Source of the DNA: Gracilinanus agilis
Taxonomy: Eukaryota
Reading direction: 5' to 3'
Length of the DNA stretch: 64,000 bases
Assembly: GCF_016433145.1 (NCBI RefSeq)
Contig: NC_058130.1
Span: 163,124,085 to 163,188,084, forward strand
The notes beneath the pieces were generated by a model that saw only the letters and a list, made by a program, of their open reading frames with translations, searched no databases and had not been told where the DNA came from. A program made the translations under genes and the position numbers. Position 1 is the first letter of the stretch. Every line of letters begins with the position of its first letter. This document shows positions 24,261 to 37,261 of the stretch, in pieces.

Positions 24261-24649
24261 TGTAAGTGTTAAATATAAGTGATGTTCTTAACTTAATATA
24301 TTTACGTCGAGTTAAGAAAGAACACTTTCTTTAGATTCTTCTCTTATTTCTTGAGGATTATTGCTGATATTTATTAAGCTATCTAAATAATTTCTTTGTT
24401 TACATAATGTATAATTAGAAAATCTTGTACCTTTGAACTACATCTCCCAGCATCCCTTTCCTCTTTCATCCCCACCTTGCGTGCTTACATATTGTATATA
24501 GTTTGGTGTAACTCCGCCTCTTGCTCTTTTTTTTTCATCACCCTGGCTGGGTTAGCACCCTTTTTACTCCACCAGCTTTTTATTTTAGTTATTAATAAAT
24601 CTTATTAAATATAATATTTGGAGTATTTGGATATTAATTTTTAATCACA
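24261..24649 (+). mobile_element. Solo LTR, sense to NTRK2
   Basis: TGTAAG...AATCACA ends, ACTACAnnTCCCAGCAT motif, TATATA at 24495-24500 and AATAAA at 24594-24599. The 3' end is homologous to the 20215 element. TSD not resolved. Confidence 0.65.
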
Positions 24650-24885
24650 CACTAGAGATGAAAAAGCCTTTTTGGTATAAAAGGAAAAGGCAATAAAGAA
24701 TGGCAGCTTTTCCAACTAATGGGATGGAATAGAGGGAGAGAATTTTATATATGGTCTTTGCAAATGAAATAAAGAGTAGATTAGACATCAAGAAGCCATT
24801 TCAAACAGTTAAGCAAAATATTCTGAAGTATCACAAGTTTGGCATTTTAACCTTGAAATGTATTAACACTTTAAACTCACATTAA

Positions 24886-24975
<90 letters not shown>

Positions 24976-26174
24976 TAAGTAATGAGTTGTCATTTTGGAG
25001 GGGCTTTTTAAAAGGGAGGGCTGCTTACCTTTTTGCAAGGGTGGGGCAAGTGGCTTCCTAGAATTCTTGAATGGCAAGACAACTAAGAGACTATTGAATA
25101 TTTGTCATTTGAGAACACTGAGACCTTGAGAGGTGAAGGGACTTCATACTGTTGAGCAAACCAGAGAAGGGGGCATTGACCAGACTACTTAGATTGTTGG
25201 GAGATCTTTAAAGGTATCAGGTTCTCAAGTTGTTTTATACCTGTTCCCTACATGTAAACAAACTTAATTTTCCCCACACCACCTCTCTCTGGTGATGCAA
25301 ATATTCCTAGGAGTTGTTAAAATTAAAAACTGGTTAGTGGCAATTTTGCCTTTGTGAGTCTTGGTACTAACATATGTACTATGAGACCTGGCTGGAAAGT
25401 CCCACTCATTATTGAGCATCTCCAGTGAACCATGTCAAGATGGTGTTGTCTTTCCTCAGAGCTTGCAGCTCTGTGCATATTTATCAAAAGGACTCTCATT
25501 CTGTAGTATCTGAGGATTCAACTGGTTATTCTTGATGGTTTGAAGGGTTTTTGTGCCTTATTTTTGGGTGGGAACAATTTCTGTTGCCCTCAGGAAGGGA
25601 TGTTATGTGTTGTGTATACTATGGCATTTGAGGCTCTTGACAGGCTCGGGTGCTCTATGTCTACTTTTGGGGACCAGAAAGATTTGTGAGCTGGTTCTAT
25701 AAATAATACCACCTACAAATTGCCAGAAATGCAAGTTTGCTTGCAGGCAAGTCTGTCTCCAATTTCATGTGTGATCTAACAATATTCTGAGAGTCTAGCC
25801 TCATCTATGAGTAGAGGTTCAATGTTGGGGAGTACCTTTTAAACTACTTAATTGATATGTGATTCTATAATTTCATTGGAGCAGATACTCCACTCCTGCC
25901 ATGACACAGATTGCAAGACCTCATCCAGTACTATTTTTATCCATTTTTTCCCACAGCAAAATGAATAAGAGACCTTTGTGGGGGTATATACTCATATGAT
26001 ACTTGGGGATTGCACAGTCATCCATATCTTTATTAAATGAATGAATGAAAAAAAAGCATTAATTAAGCACTTACTAAGTGCCAGCCATTGTGCTAAGTGC
26101 TGAGTACACAAAAATTATAAAAGATAGCCCTGCCTTCAAAGAGCTTTCATTCTAATGGTGGAAGACAATGCATA

Positions 26175-26377
26175 GGGGCAGCTGGGTAGCTCAGTGGATT
26201 GAGAGCCAGGCCTAGAGATGGGAGGTCCTAGGTTCAAATCTGGCCTGAGACACTTCCCAGCTGTGTGACCCTGGGCAAGTCACTTGACCCCCATTGCCCA
26301 TCCTTACCACTCTTCCACCTATGAGCCAATACACAGAAGTTAAGGGTTTAAAAAAAAAACAAAAAAAGAGAAAAAAA
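26175..26377 (+). mobile_element. Young SINE1_Mdo/Opo-1-type SINE with 15-bp TSD, inserted in an L2 remnant
   Basis: ggggcagctgggtagctcagtggattgagagccaggcc head and A-rich tail. TSD GGAAGACAATGCATA (26160-26174) and GGAAGACAATGTATA (26378-26392). Confidence 0.92.
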
Positions 26378-28988
26378 GGAAGACAATGTATATGAGAAGA
26401 ACCAAAGAAAGGAGTTTTGGTCTGGGAAAATGGAAAGGGCATTAGGTCTCAGGTCCATTACCAAAGGTATTGATCTAAATGGGAGGGAGCAGGCCGCCGG
26501 GGCACATAGATGGTAAGATGTCCTTGATGGCTGTTTGGATAGAAAAAAAAACTGAATCATGGGATATTGTGAAGGGTCAGCCAGCAGGTAGAGTAGGCTA
26601 AATGGGCTAGTTTATACACACATAGCCACCAAACAACTTGAATGGCCATTTGATTACCTTCCCCAGAAACGAGGATGTGGACTCAAGAAGAACTTGTGTA
26701 TGGACTCTAGGTCTCAAGTCTTGTGTGGAGGGTTCTGGTCCAGGTGAGAAGGAGCAGGATAGCACAGGAGACAGATGTTGAGATGACCTAGATGTCTGGT
26801 TGAATGGATGGACTGGGAAGTTGAAGTAGGGTCTGTAGTCCAGGGCCAGCCAATTGATGAGTAGAGTAAGTAGGCTAATTTATTGGCAGGCAGTAAACTC
26901 ATTCACCTTCCTTTCCTATCCTGCATGTTCTCAACATTTTTTTTAATGCCACTTCTTGTATACAAGTTGTTTATGGTAACAAATCAGTTTGCTTATGCCC
27001 ATTGTGTGCTTTTTTTCCATTGCTTTTTGGGTTGTTCATAATTGCTGTTTTTTTGAGATCATGCCTTTCAAAAAAAGTCCTTGAAAAACATTTCTGTCAG
27101 TCTTCTCTCTCTTATTCTGAATATTATGTTTGTTTCTTCTTTCCATGAAGAGTTTTGACATGCAAATGAAAAATAGAAGACTCTAATGATGTATCAATTC
27201 AAAAAAACCTTTTTCCTCCCATGTAGGAATTTATGGCTGTATACTTAAGAGCATATAATGTTATGTCTAGGCCACAGCATATGGTGAATCTTGTTAAGGG
27301 GAAAAAAGAGAAAAATCTATAACCTTTTGGGTTATTTTTCTGAATACCTGATAATAATTGCAGCCTATTGATAATTCTCTGCTAGGATTGAGAGAGACTA
27401 AATTGTTGTTCTTATTTTTGTCATTAATTATCTGAATGTCTTTTCTACATAAAATTACTCTTCTGTAAATGGTAGTAAGTAAAACAATAGAAATATGGTA
27501 TTGTCTAAGGAGAAAAAAGTTTGAGGGACTCACAGTTCTTTGAAAGAGAGACAAGAAGCAGGCTCAAGATATCATCATTATTTTGGTGTTTTCCTAAGAT
27601 CGTAGGATCATAGATTTATTAATGAGTTGGATAGGACCTTGGAGGCAATGTAGGCTGCATTCTTCATTTTACAAATTAGGCAACTGAGACCCAACCCATT
27701 GAACTGACTTGCCCATTATCATATAAAAAATGACTTACTTATAGTGCTTTCAAATTTGTAAAACTTTACACATGTAGACTCTCATATGGATTTTACAAAA
27801 ACCATATCAGTTAGATGCGCCATTTTCACAGTTGAGAGCTTAAGTGATTTGTCCAGGGTCCCAGAGCTAGAAAGAGGTTAAGGTAGGATTTGAACCCAAG
27901 TCTTCCTGACTCCACAGCCATCACTCTTACTGTGATACGCCTTCCCCTCTTGGTGAGGATATTCTTCTCTTTTGAAGGCTTTTGGGGAGGGAGAGAAGAG
28001 AGCATCCCCAAATAAGTATTCCCTTGATTTGCTGCTTAAAAATATTATGTGATAAGCTGTGTTGAGTGTATAACCTTTAAGGCCACAATGGTGTTTTATT
28101 TACTCCTTTTACATAGCTGCTGGGGGAAAGGGGAAGTAGCTAAGGGAAAAAATAACACAAAACCACAAGAAAAATCTTTAACTGCTTATTTACAATCCTC
28201 AGTGGTCTATTTAAAATGAATCCCATTTATGGTAATGTGACTTTAAATGAGGCCATTTTAAATGGTTACTTTGGAGCTGTCTAACATTAACCACAGGGCT
28301 ACAGATTTGGGTAGAGAGTAGGGTTTAGCCTTCATCTCTTCATTCACAACAGTGGCTTTTAGATTGGGTCATAAGAATCTCAGGACTCCCTAGAGGCATC
28401 ATCAAAGTTTTGGTATTGTTTTTCCCTTCCAAGAAAGTATGGCCCTGGTGGGGATGTTTCATTAGCATTTGTTAAATCCCTTCCCTGATTCTCCAATGTT
28501 CAAATAGGAGTCCAGGTTCCTGACATGAAGACTAATTCAATTCTTTTTTACCAGCATTGATGGAATATCTTCTAGCGATTAGGTATGGCTGTAAATTCTG
28601 AAGATGCAAAGATTCAAATGAAACAGCTCAAAGAGCCATTATAGAAACCTCGCCTTCAACAATTTTTAATGCACCTACTTGACAAAGCAACGCAAAGGAT
28701 TTCTTTGCATTATGATTAAAATTCTTGGGAAATAGAAGAAAAATAATGAACTCAATTGAAGGGGCTAAGATGAGCTAGGACAGTGAAGTAAATAATTTCC
28801 TCAACATTAAGACTTAGTTCTTTTATTTGCAATGTCTAGACTGCCTTCGTTCTATGTAGATAGTACACTGATTTCTAAAAATTGCTGAGAAGGAAAAGCA
28901 ATACAACTCAGTAGGGCTCAGCGTTTTATGAGTGCTAGGGGAGTTAAAACAAAACTTGACATAATTTCCTTTTTTTCTTTTCATTTAG

Positions 28989-29143
28989 TACCTTAGTGGG
29001 CAATCCATTGAAGTGCTCTTGTGACATCCTCTGGGTCAAGACATTCCAAGAGATTAAATCCAGTTCAGAGACTCAGGATTTATACTGCACAAATGAGAAC
29101 AACCAGAAGATTGCTCTGAGAGACCTGAAGATACCCAACTGCG
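28989..29143 (+). CDS. NTRK2: NTRK2 coding exon, LRRCT/Cys cluster 2 (155 nt, phase 2-1): [51 protein letters not shown]
   Basis: ttttcatttAG acceptor and GTAATT donor. The NP..CSCDI.W..T.QE...TQDLYC...IPNC pattern is conserved. Confidence 0.97.
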
Positions 29144-31273
29144 GTAATTAAACTTTCTGTCCAGTGCTTGTTAAATTTATCTTTCCTTAGGCTTAGCTAT
29201 CTTGATATGAGAAGGAAGGAAAATAGATTTGATTATTGTAATTAAAAATGTATAGAGTATGATGATGATGTCTTTAGGAAATTAAACATTATTGGTACCC
29301 TACAGAGAAATTAGCTAGCATCGACATAGCGAGGCATTTAATATAGACAAAAAACAATATTGAGGTTGGTGTAAGGTCGTGCTAAGGGAACACTGGGTGA
29401 CAGAAGGGAGAGCATGGATAAAGGCAATTCAATCCAGCCTGAGCACTCAGACTTGAGCGTTGTGTTTGATGCCTCATGTCCAACTGATAGGACACTGGAC
29501 CTACTCTTGCAAGTGCAGTTTTTTTTTCACTTATCTGCCCTTAAACCTTCTATTCTAGGCATTCTGATTCCATTAGACAGCCTCTCCTCTTACCGCCCAC
29601 CTCCCCCTCACAATAATTTGGAGTCTTTTAAAGGAGCAACAATTAAATCAATACATGCAGAATCCAAACACCTAAGTCATGCACACCCACATATGTGTGA
29701 TTTGATTCTAGCATTCTTGAAAAACAAATATTTATTGAGCATTATAGTATGTTACATGGAAATTGGGCTTCCTATCTTCAAAAATCTCCAGGGAAGAAAA
29801 AGTATCTCAGGAGGATTCCATTGAATAAATTTAAAATCTTAAGAGTATTTCAGGGACATAGATTTAGAAAAATCAACACTTTAGGGTAATAAGTTATATT
29901 TTTACATGAAAAGATTTTATAGTCTAATGGGACTTATATATTTATAAACTCCTGAGGAATGTTCAAGGAGGAGTGCATGCAAGACAGTGTACTATATGTG
30001 CCTTGGGAAATAGAGAGGAGTTAAAGAAATGGGCCTTCCCCTTAAGGAGCTTGCAAAATAAGTTGGGGAAATAAATAACAAATATTTGATTCTTTGTTTT
30101 TATCAGTTCTAATATAGGGATTTTAAACTGTTTTTTGGTGTGTGTAATAGAGTTCTTTGACAATCTGGTGGTCTATTGACTACCTTTCAGATTAGAAATT
30201 TTAAATAAATGAAAAAATGTTTAGTTTTGACCATAAGTTAGAGAAAATAAATATTTAGATTTTCCTTCTAAGTTCCCAGACCTTCCAAAGTCTATCTATC
30301 CATGGACCATAGGTTAAGAACTTCACTTCTAGAGTTTGAAGAGAAATTTTATTTCAAAATAAATCCAGAATTGTATGTTTATATTTGGGAATATTTACTC
30401 TGTGAGGCTGTAATGAAAACTAAAGAAAAGGATGGCCTCTTTCTAAATGGACACTGGGAGTTTTCTTTAGGCTTTTCTGCCAGAGGTTAAAGATAAAGGG
30501 TTGACCCATGCTAACATCCAGGGGCACCTCCTCCTAATGGGAAGAGTGGGCATTGTTTATCCTGGCAATTTGCCTCAGCTTTCTTTAACTTTTAACAGCT
30601 TATTTTCTGACTCACACTATAGTAGTTATTCTCTACTCTGATATACTTTGAGCTAGAAATTGCCTAGAAGTTTAATGAGTTTAGTGTTGTGTCAACTGAC
30701 TTTTTAGTCAACTGCCCAGATTCCTAACATTTTGTTACCACCTTTATTGTGCAGACCACTGAGAGGAAAAGAGGGAGGGAAATGGCATTGTGGTCCCAGT
30801 TTCCCGAGATGTCTTGTAATGTGGTAATAGGGTTCTGTTCATGTAGCAAGATACACTTAAAAAGAGTTTTACAGATATGGTCCTGTCATTTGATCCTAAC
30901 AATAAACCTGTAAGGTTGGCAGTGAAAAGTAGTATTACCCTCTTTGGGCAGATGAGGAAACTTAGACTCATACTCAAACCTGCCTTGTCTCACTACCAAT
31001 CCCTCTATTCCATGATGCCCATTTTGCCCCAAGTTCACAGTTTGATTTCATCCTTGAAGTTGGGGAAAATGTATGTATAATTCTCTTTAATGTTTGTTAT
31101 TCAGAGGCCATTTTGTTACAGAGAAGGGAATTGCTAAATTCCCCCAACAAATCTTTCTCTCCTATTTTTGGAAACCTCTAGGGAAGGAGAATGGACTCAG
31201 GGGAGGATTCCAGTGAATGCATTTAAAATCTTAGTACATCTTGGAATTCTGCTAAAAAATTAATAACTTAGGG

Positions 31274-31499
31274 AAGTGATTCTCAAAATGTGATCTGGGA
31301 GTGCATGGGATTCCTTGAGTGTCTTTCAGGGGGGTCTGTCAGATCAAACCTATTTTTATAATAACTTAAAGACATTTTAGTTTCATATAATGGAAAGTGA
31401 CAATAAATGTAAATCACATGAGTAAGAACTTCTTGGGGTCTTTGATAATTTATAAAAATGTAAAGGAATCTTGAGACCAAAACATTTCAAGAACCACTG
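31274..31499. mobile_element. hAT-Charlie-type MITE
   Basis: (a)agtgattctcaaa...ttcaagaaccactg termini. TSD ACTTAGGG and ATTTAGGG (7/8). Confidence 0.85.
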
Positions 31500-32419
31500 A
31501 TTTAGGGTCATAGATTTGAAAGAAAATATTTCCATTTAATTAATTAGTAAATAATGGCACATACAACACAGGTATTCTGTATGTGGAAACAAATTGCTCT
31601 CCCCTTGAATGAACACTTGACACTTTCCATCCACTCTCATTAGGAATATGTATTCTGAATTTTCAGTTAGAAAATGATGCTGTTTGATAGAGAAGTAGAA
31701 CTAATTCAGTGTTGGACTTGGGAGTGAGGAAGAAAGAGGTTCAAATACTATCTCTGACATTTGCCCTGTAACCCCTGGGCAAATCAGGGAGCTTCAGTTT
31801 CCTTACTTGTGAAATATGGGCTTTTTAGCATCTGTGGTACCTACCCTGCAGAGTTTTTGGGAGGTTTAATGAAACAAAATATGTAAAGCATCTTGCAAGC
31901 TTTAAAGGACTATTGAAATGTGAGATGTTATTATTAGCATCCACATTTATACAGAAGTATTGCCAGTGTTCACAATTGTCAGAGGGAAACTCTATAAAAC
32001 TTAATGTACTGTGTGATTTGGCAGGCTCTTTTGTCTGCCTAGTGTCTGGGTGTTCTAGATCTATTTTGTGTTTCTATTCTTCATTTGGTTTTATCAGTTC
32101 CAGCTTTGATACTATATAGAGAGACCATATAAATTGGCCAGTGATTACTTTTAGTATGTGGATTTAAATTCTATTTACCAAACTTCTTTGTGGAGAAAAT
32201 CAGACATTAATATGCAGAAAATTTCCAATCAGATTACAGTGGTGGATCCCAGAGTAGTTCTATCTAGTTGGGCATTTTGCACATTGTAAACTCTTAAAAC
32301 TGCCCTAAGGTTCTGTTTCACAGAGTTTGTGAACTTCTCAGTTTGTCCTTCATGATGGCAAAGTTAATTTGCTGTCTGTCTGTGCTATTTTCTTCACAAC
32401 TAATTTATCACAAGTATAT

Positions 32420-33855
32420 ATTTTTAACATTTTCAATTTAAATATTTTTTAATTAATTTTTATTTTTCAGTGAACAAAAATTGATTTTCTTTCCTCTCTT
32501 CCCTTGTTAAAAAAAAAAAAGAAAAATGAAGCCCTTGTAACAGATATGCATATTTAAGCAAATTCCCTCATTAGCTATGTCCAAAAAACATAGTTGTCAT
32601 TCTGTATCCCAAATCCATCATCTTTCTTTGCCACAAATGCATTTTTAAAACTTTAAATTTAAATATTTATTATTAAAATGACTTATTTTTTAGAAAACAA
32701 GAATCAATTTTCTCTCTTACTTTCCTCCATAGGGGAAAAAAGAAAAATAAATTATTTTAATAAATACACACACTCAAGGAAAACAAAGTCTCTCACTAGC
32801 TGTGTCCTAAAAAAACATAGTCATCATTCTACACCCCAAGTCTATCATTGCCTATCATTGCTTTGTCAAGAGGAGGATTACATCTTTCATCATCAGTAAT
32901 TTGGAATCATTGGTGGTTGTTTTATTGATCAGATTTCTAAGAGCTTTCTAAATGGTTTATTTTCACAGTTCTTATTATTGTACAAATTATTCTACTGGTT
33001 TTGCTCACTTCACTCTGCACCAGTTGATTCAGATCTTCCAAAGTTTCTCTAAAAATAGCTCCTTCTATTACATTTATCTACCATACTGTATTCTCCCATT
33101 TCCTGAATGGTAGCCACTCCATTAATTTTCAGTTCTTTGCTGCTACAAAAAGAGATACTATAAAGATTTTTTGTTTTTATTGGTCCTTTTCTACTTTCTT
33201 TAATTTTCTTTAGTGTCTAGATTTAAGAATAGTATTGCCAAGTCAAAGGGTATACATATTCAGTGCAAAGCTCCAAATTACTTTTCAGAAATATTATATC
33301 AATTCACAGCCCTACCAACAGTGCATTAATGTGCTATTGCCCCACACCACCTCCCATATTTGTCATTCCCCTTTTTTTTGGTGAACATTGCCAAAACAAT
33401 GGGAATAAGGAAGGAAGTCAAAGTTACTTCAATTTACATTTTTCTAATTATTAGTGAATTGGCACATTCCTTATAACTTTCAATGAAAGTTAGATTTCTT
33501 TCTCTGAAAACTTCCAGTTCATATTCTTAAATTGTTCATCAATTGAAGACTGGCTTAATTCTTATAGAATTAAGAAGATAGAATAATGTGAATCATTATA
33601 TATCTTGGAAATGATACCCTTATTAGTGAAATTTGCTGCAAAGTTTTTTTCCATTATCTGCTTCCCTTATAGTTTTGCTACATGGATTTTATTTATTCAA
33701 AACCATTCTTAATACTATGTTATCAAAATTGTCCATTTTATATTCTGGGAGCCTTTCTATACCTTGTTTGATCATTAATTCTTCTTTTATTCACAGATCT
33801 AAAAGATAATTTCTTGATCCTCTAATTTGTTCAAGATATCACCATTATTATCTAA
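32420..33855 (-). mobile_element. Old LINE-1 3' region, with two tandem tail segments
   Basis: T-rich tails at about 32430 and 32640, followed by reverse-complement L1 ORF2 C-terminal sequence. Confidence 0.8.
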
Positions 33856-33869
33856 GTTAAAAGCTCCTG

Positions 33870-34790
33870 TTGATAGACAAACCTACACTGTTACAAAATT
33901 GGGGTTTTAAAAGATATCAGCAGGATGAATAGTAAACTGAAAGCAGCAATGTGAAATTTAATTGAGATAAACATAGAGTCCCATACTTGACTTCAAATAA
34001 TAAGATTTACAAGATTAGGAAAGGGGCAGGGATAGTCTAAAAGTCTTGTGTAAATGACCTAGGGTTTCCATTGGATTATAAACTCAGTAAGAGCCATTGG
34101 TGTGCTATAACTCCTAAATGAACAACTTCCATCTTGCACTTCATTAATAGAATTATGGTATCCAGAGTTATGGAAGTAGTAGTTCCACTTTATTCAGTCC
34201 CTATCAGATCACAACTGGAATAATGTATTTAGTGTAACATGTCTCTTTTTCAAAGCAGCTCCAGTTGAAACATGGCCAAAAAGAGAGAGACTGGATGTTG
34301 ATATGGGTTTGGGTATGGAAATTTAAAATGGTACCATTTGAGACTCAAAAAAAGAACTAGAGTTGTTTATCCTGGAGAAGAGAGGATGTGTGGGTGGGAA
34401 TATGGAATATAATAGCCATTTTTAAGTATTTGATGAACTGTCTGGTGGAAGAGGGATTAGTCTCAGTAGTGTGTGTTTATTGAGTTAAATGATATCTAAG
34501 ATCCTTTCCAACTCTGACAGCCAATGATTTGGTGACTCTGGATGTTGTTCTACTTGACCTCAGAAAGTAGAACCAGTCCCAGTAAGTGGATGTTACATGG
34601 AGGAGGACTTCAGTTCAACATAAAAACATATTAATAACTAGAGCTGTTGCAAAATTTGACCATGTTTTATCCCAGGAGATACTTAGTTTCCATTCCCCAG
34701 AAATCTTGTAGCCAGAATTCATGATCTAGATAAGGGTCAGACTGGATATCCTCTGTGATTGCTCTTTCTAACCCATAATCTATGATCTGA
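33870..34790 (+). mobile_element. L3/CR1 3' fragment
   Basis: atgtgaaatttaattgagataaa...ataaactcagtaagagcc...tatcagatcacaactggaataatgtatttag...cctggagaagaga, characteristic of the CR1 RT 3' end. Confidence 0.75.
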
Positions 34791-35251
34791 TGAGTCTAGG
34801 TTTTGGCTGAATAATTTAATGGTTTTAGCTAAGTACTAATACCTTCCTCTATTAAGGACCCACTAAGCCTCTTCTGATGCATCTCTACTTTGTAACTGTG
34901 ATTCTGAATCATTTTGAATTGTATAATAGTGGAAAACAACCTCTGACAAATTCTTTGAATCAATAAAGGTTTCAAGTATGGTCCTAGTGGTAATCTGCTG
35001 CATTTGAGGACAATCTTAGTTAGATTGTCTTAAAAGGCCTATTCCTAGAAGATTGACCACCAGGTAATAAAGTTAGGGGACACAAATTCAGGAGAACCAC
35101 CTACTAAAGATGTGGAGAGATTGTAATCATAGATCCTTGAATTATGTAATTAGTCAAATAATCAATAAGCATTTATTAAGTTTTTATATGTTCTAGGCCC
35201 TGAGCAGATGGAAATTAAAACAGTCCTTTCTCTTAAAGAACCAATATTACA

Positions 35252-35383
35252 NNNNNNNNNNNNNNNNNNNNNNNNNNNNNNNNNNNNNNNNNNNNNNNNN
35301 NNNNNNNNNNNNNNNNNNNNNNNNNNNNNNNNNNNNNNNNNNNNNNNNNNNNNNNNNNNNNNNNNNNNNNNNNNNNNNNNNNN
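35252..35383. other. Assembly gap (132 N)
   Basis: Run of N. Confidence 1.
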
Positions 35384-36289
35384 NGATCTGAAATTGAATT
35401 TGAACTCTAGTCTTCCTGACCATCCTCTTCCCCCCACTTCTTCCCCACCAAACCTGTTGCTCTTTTCACTGTTACCTAGTTGCCCATAAACAATATTTTG
35501 GGGAGCAAAGGCATTGGCAGTTGACAGCATCATGAAAGGCTTCATGTAGAAGGTGGCACTTGAGCTGAGTCTTGAAGGAAATCAGGGATTCTGAATCAAA
35601 CAGACATGTTCTTTTCCCCGAATTAGTCAGGAATTTATCGTTTCCCCCGTACGTGCTAACTAGCTCTCTATATTTGTCATCCTCAAATTTTGCTAGGTTA
35701 TTACAAGTCTCTTCTTTCAATTTTTAAATGCCCTTTAGAGCCTGAGGGGAGAGTTAAGCTGTGCCATTCTCATTAGTAGCAGTCAAAAACACCTAGACTA
35801 CTTTAAAATATCCACCTCCCACAGAGAATTGTTGTAAATTTATCCCTGTAGAGAAACATGTTGTCATGTGTTTCCCTAAAAGGCACTTGTGAACCTTAAA
35901 AAACTTTATTAATCATAAAGCAACAAAACATTTTACTATAAAATTTCAGTGTCAATTGAAATAATGGAAAGCGATTAACAATGCTTGTTCAAGGACTTGC
36001 ATTGAATTAAACTTTTTTTTTCTTTTCCTTAAAGAGTGAAAAAAATTTTTTTTCTGTCCCTAAGACTGCAGTGAGGGAATGAATAATTATAAATCCGTAC
36101 TGGAACAGAGCAGGTCTTTACTGTTTCTTCCACTTTGTTTAATGGAGATGCTTATTAGATAGCATATTTGTGAAGTGGCTCACACAGGATTTCATTTAAT
36201 TATGTATTTAGGAGTAAATCTTCACATCAAAAAACAATGCTTCATTTTCTTTATACTTTCACTTTTTTGAGAGAGTGCTAGGTAGAGCA

Positions 36290-36510
36290 GTGTGTGCCTG
36301 GAGGCAGGAAGATCTGAGTTCAAATGTGGCCTTTGACACTTACTAGCTAGCTGAGTGACCTTGGGCCATCATTTAATCTTTGTCTGCCAGAGTTTTCTCA
36401 GTTGTAGAATGTGTATCATAATCTCCCAGAGTTGTTGTGAGGATCAAAAGAGATAATATTTGTGAAGTGCTTAGATTCAGTGCCTGATGTATACATAGGG
36501 ACTTAGTAAT
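36290..36510 (+). mobile_element. MIR SINE
   Basis: ggcaggaagatctgagttcaaat...gttgttgtgaggatcaaaagagataatatttgtgaagtgcttag. Confidence 0.85.
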
Positions 36511-36705
36511 GCTTCTTTCCTCCTTCTCTCCCTAACTTCCTTTTTCCTTCCCTTTCTTTCTCCCTTCTTCTCTCCATTTTTCTCTCCCTTCCTTGCTCTA
36601 TTCCTTCCTTCCTCCCTCTTTCTCTTCCTTCCTCCCTTCTTTTCTTCTTTCTTTCTTTCCATCCTTCTTTCCTCCATTCCTCCCTTCCTTCCTTCATTCC
36701 TACCT
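36511..36705. repeat. Polypyrimidine (CCTT/CTTT)-type low-complexity tract
   Basis: About 190 nt of almost only C and T, grown from the MIR tail. Confidence 0.9.
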
Positions 36706-37261
36706 TGGGCAGCATAATGTATAAGGTGATCTCATCTGAAGTGAAGTTTACAAATATATTTAAGAAAGCCATTAATCCTCCCCATGGAAGAGCTATTCTG
36801 GTATCAAGGCAATCTTTATCACAAAACCATTTTATACTCAGTTGAATATACTCTATGTTACAATAGCCCCATAGTGATTAGAAGGATGTAATTCAGTGGG
36901 TGGGTGCAGTTTCAGCAGTTATATTTTAAACAACTAGCATCCCTTTGAGAAAAGTCAGCTATAAATTCAGTTTAGCCTCCTTGTTATGTATATTACATTC
37001 CTTAAACTTTATAGTATTTAGGGATTGAACCTCCGTAGGCCTTTACACACATGCATATGCATATGATAGTAGAAGTCTATTCATAGGTATTTAAACAAAG
37101 AGACAAGTTCTTTTGGATTAGATGCATTTTTCAAACTTAAAGTTTAATTTTTACCCCAAACTATACAGTATCACTGTACAGTACAACTTGATAACTTGAT
37201 TCCACCCTTCTCTGGGACTTGAACTCAGATCATCCTGAATCTGAGACTTCTATTCCCTTGG

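Noticed and set aside
28223-28232. Perfect CArG box CCATTTATGG
   Set aside because: A rough composition estimate gives several chance occurrences per 64 kb of AT-rich DNA, and there is no supporting context.
29414-29824. 136-aa intronic ORF
   Set aside because: No recognisable domain or splice context, and an ORF of this length can occur by chance in 64 kb.
35252-35383. Gap possibly hiding an exon
   Set aside because: The exons on either side join in frame (phase 1) into a continuous TrkB sequence, and the gap flanks are L2/SINE remnants.
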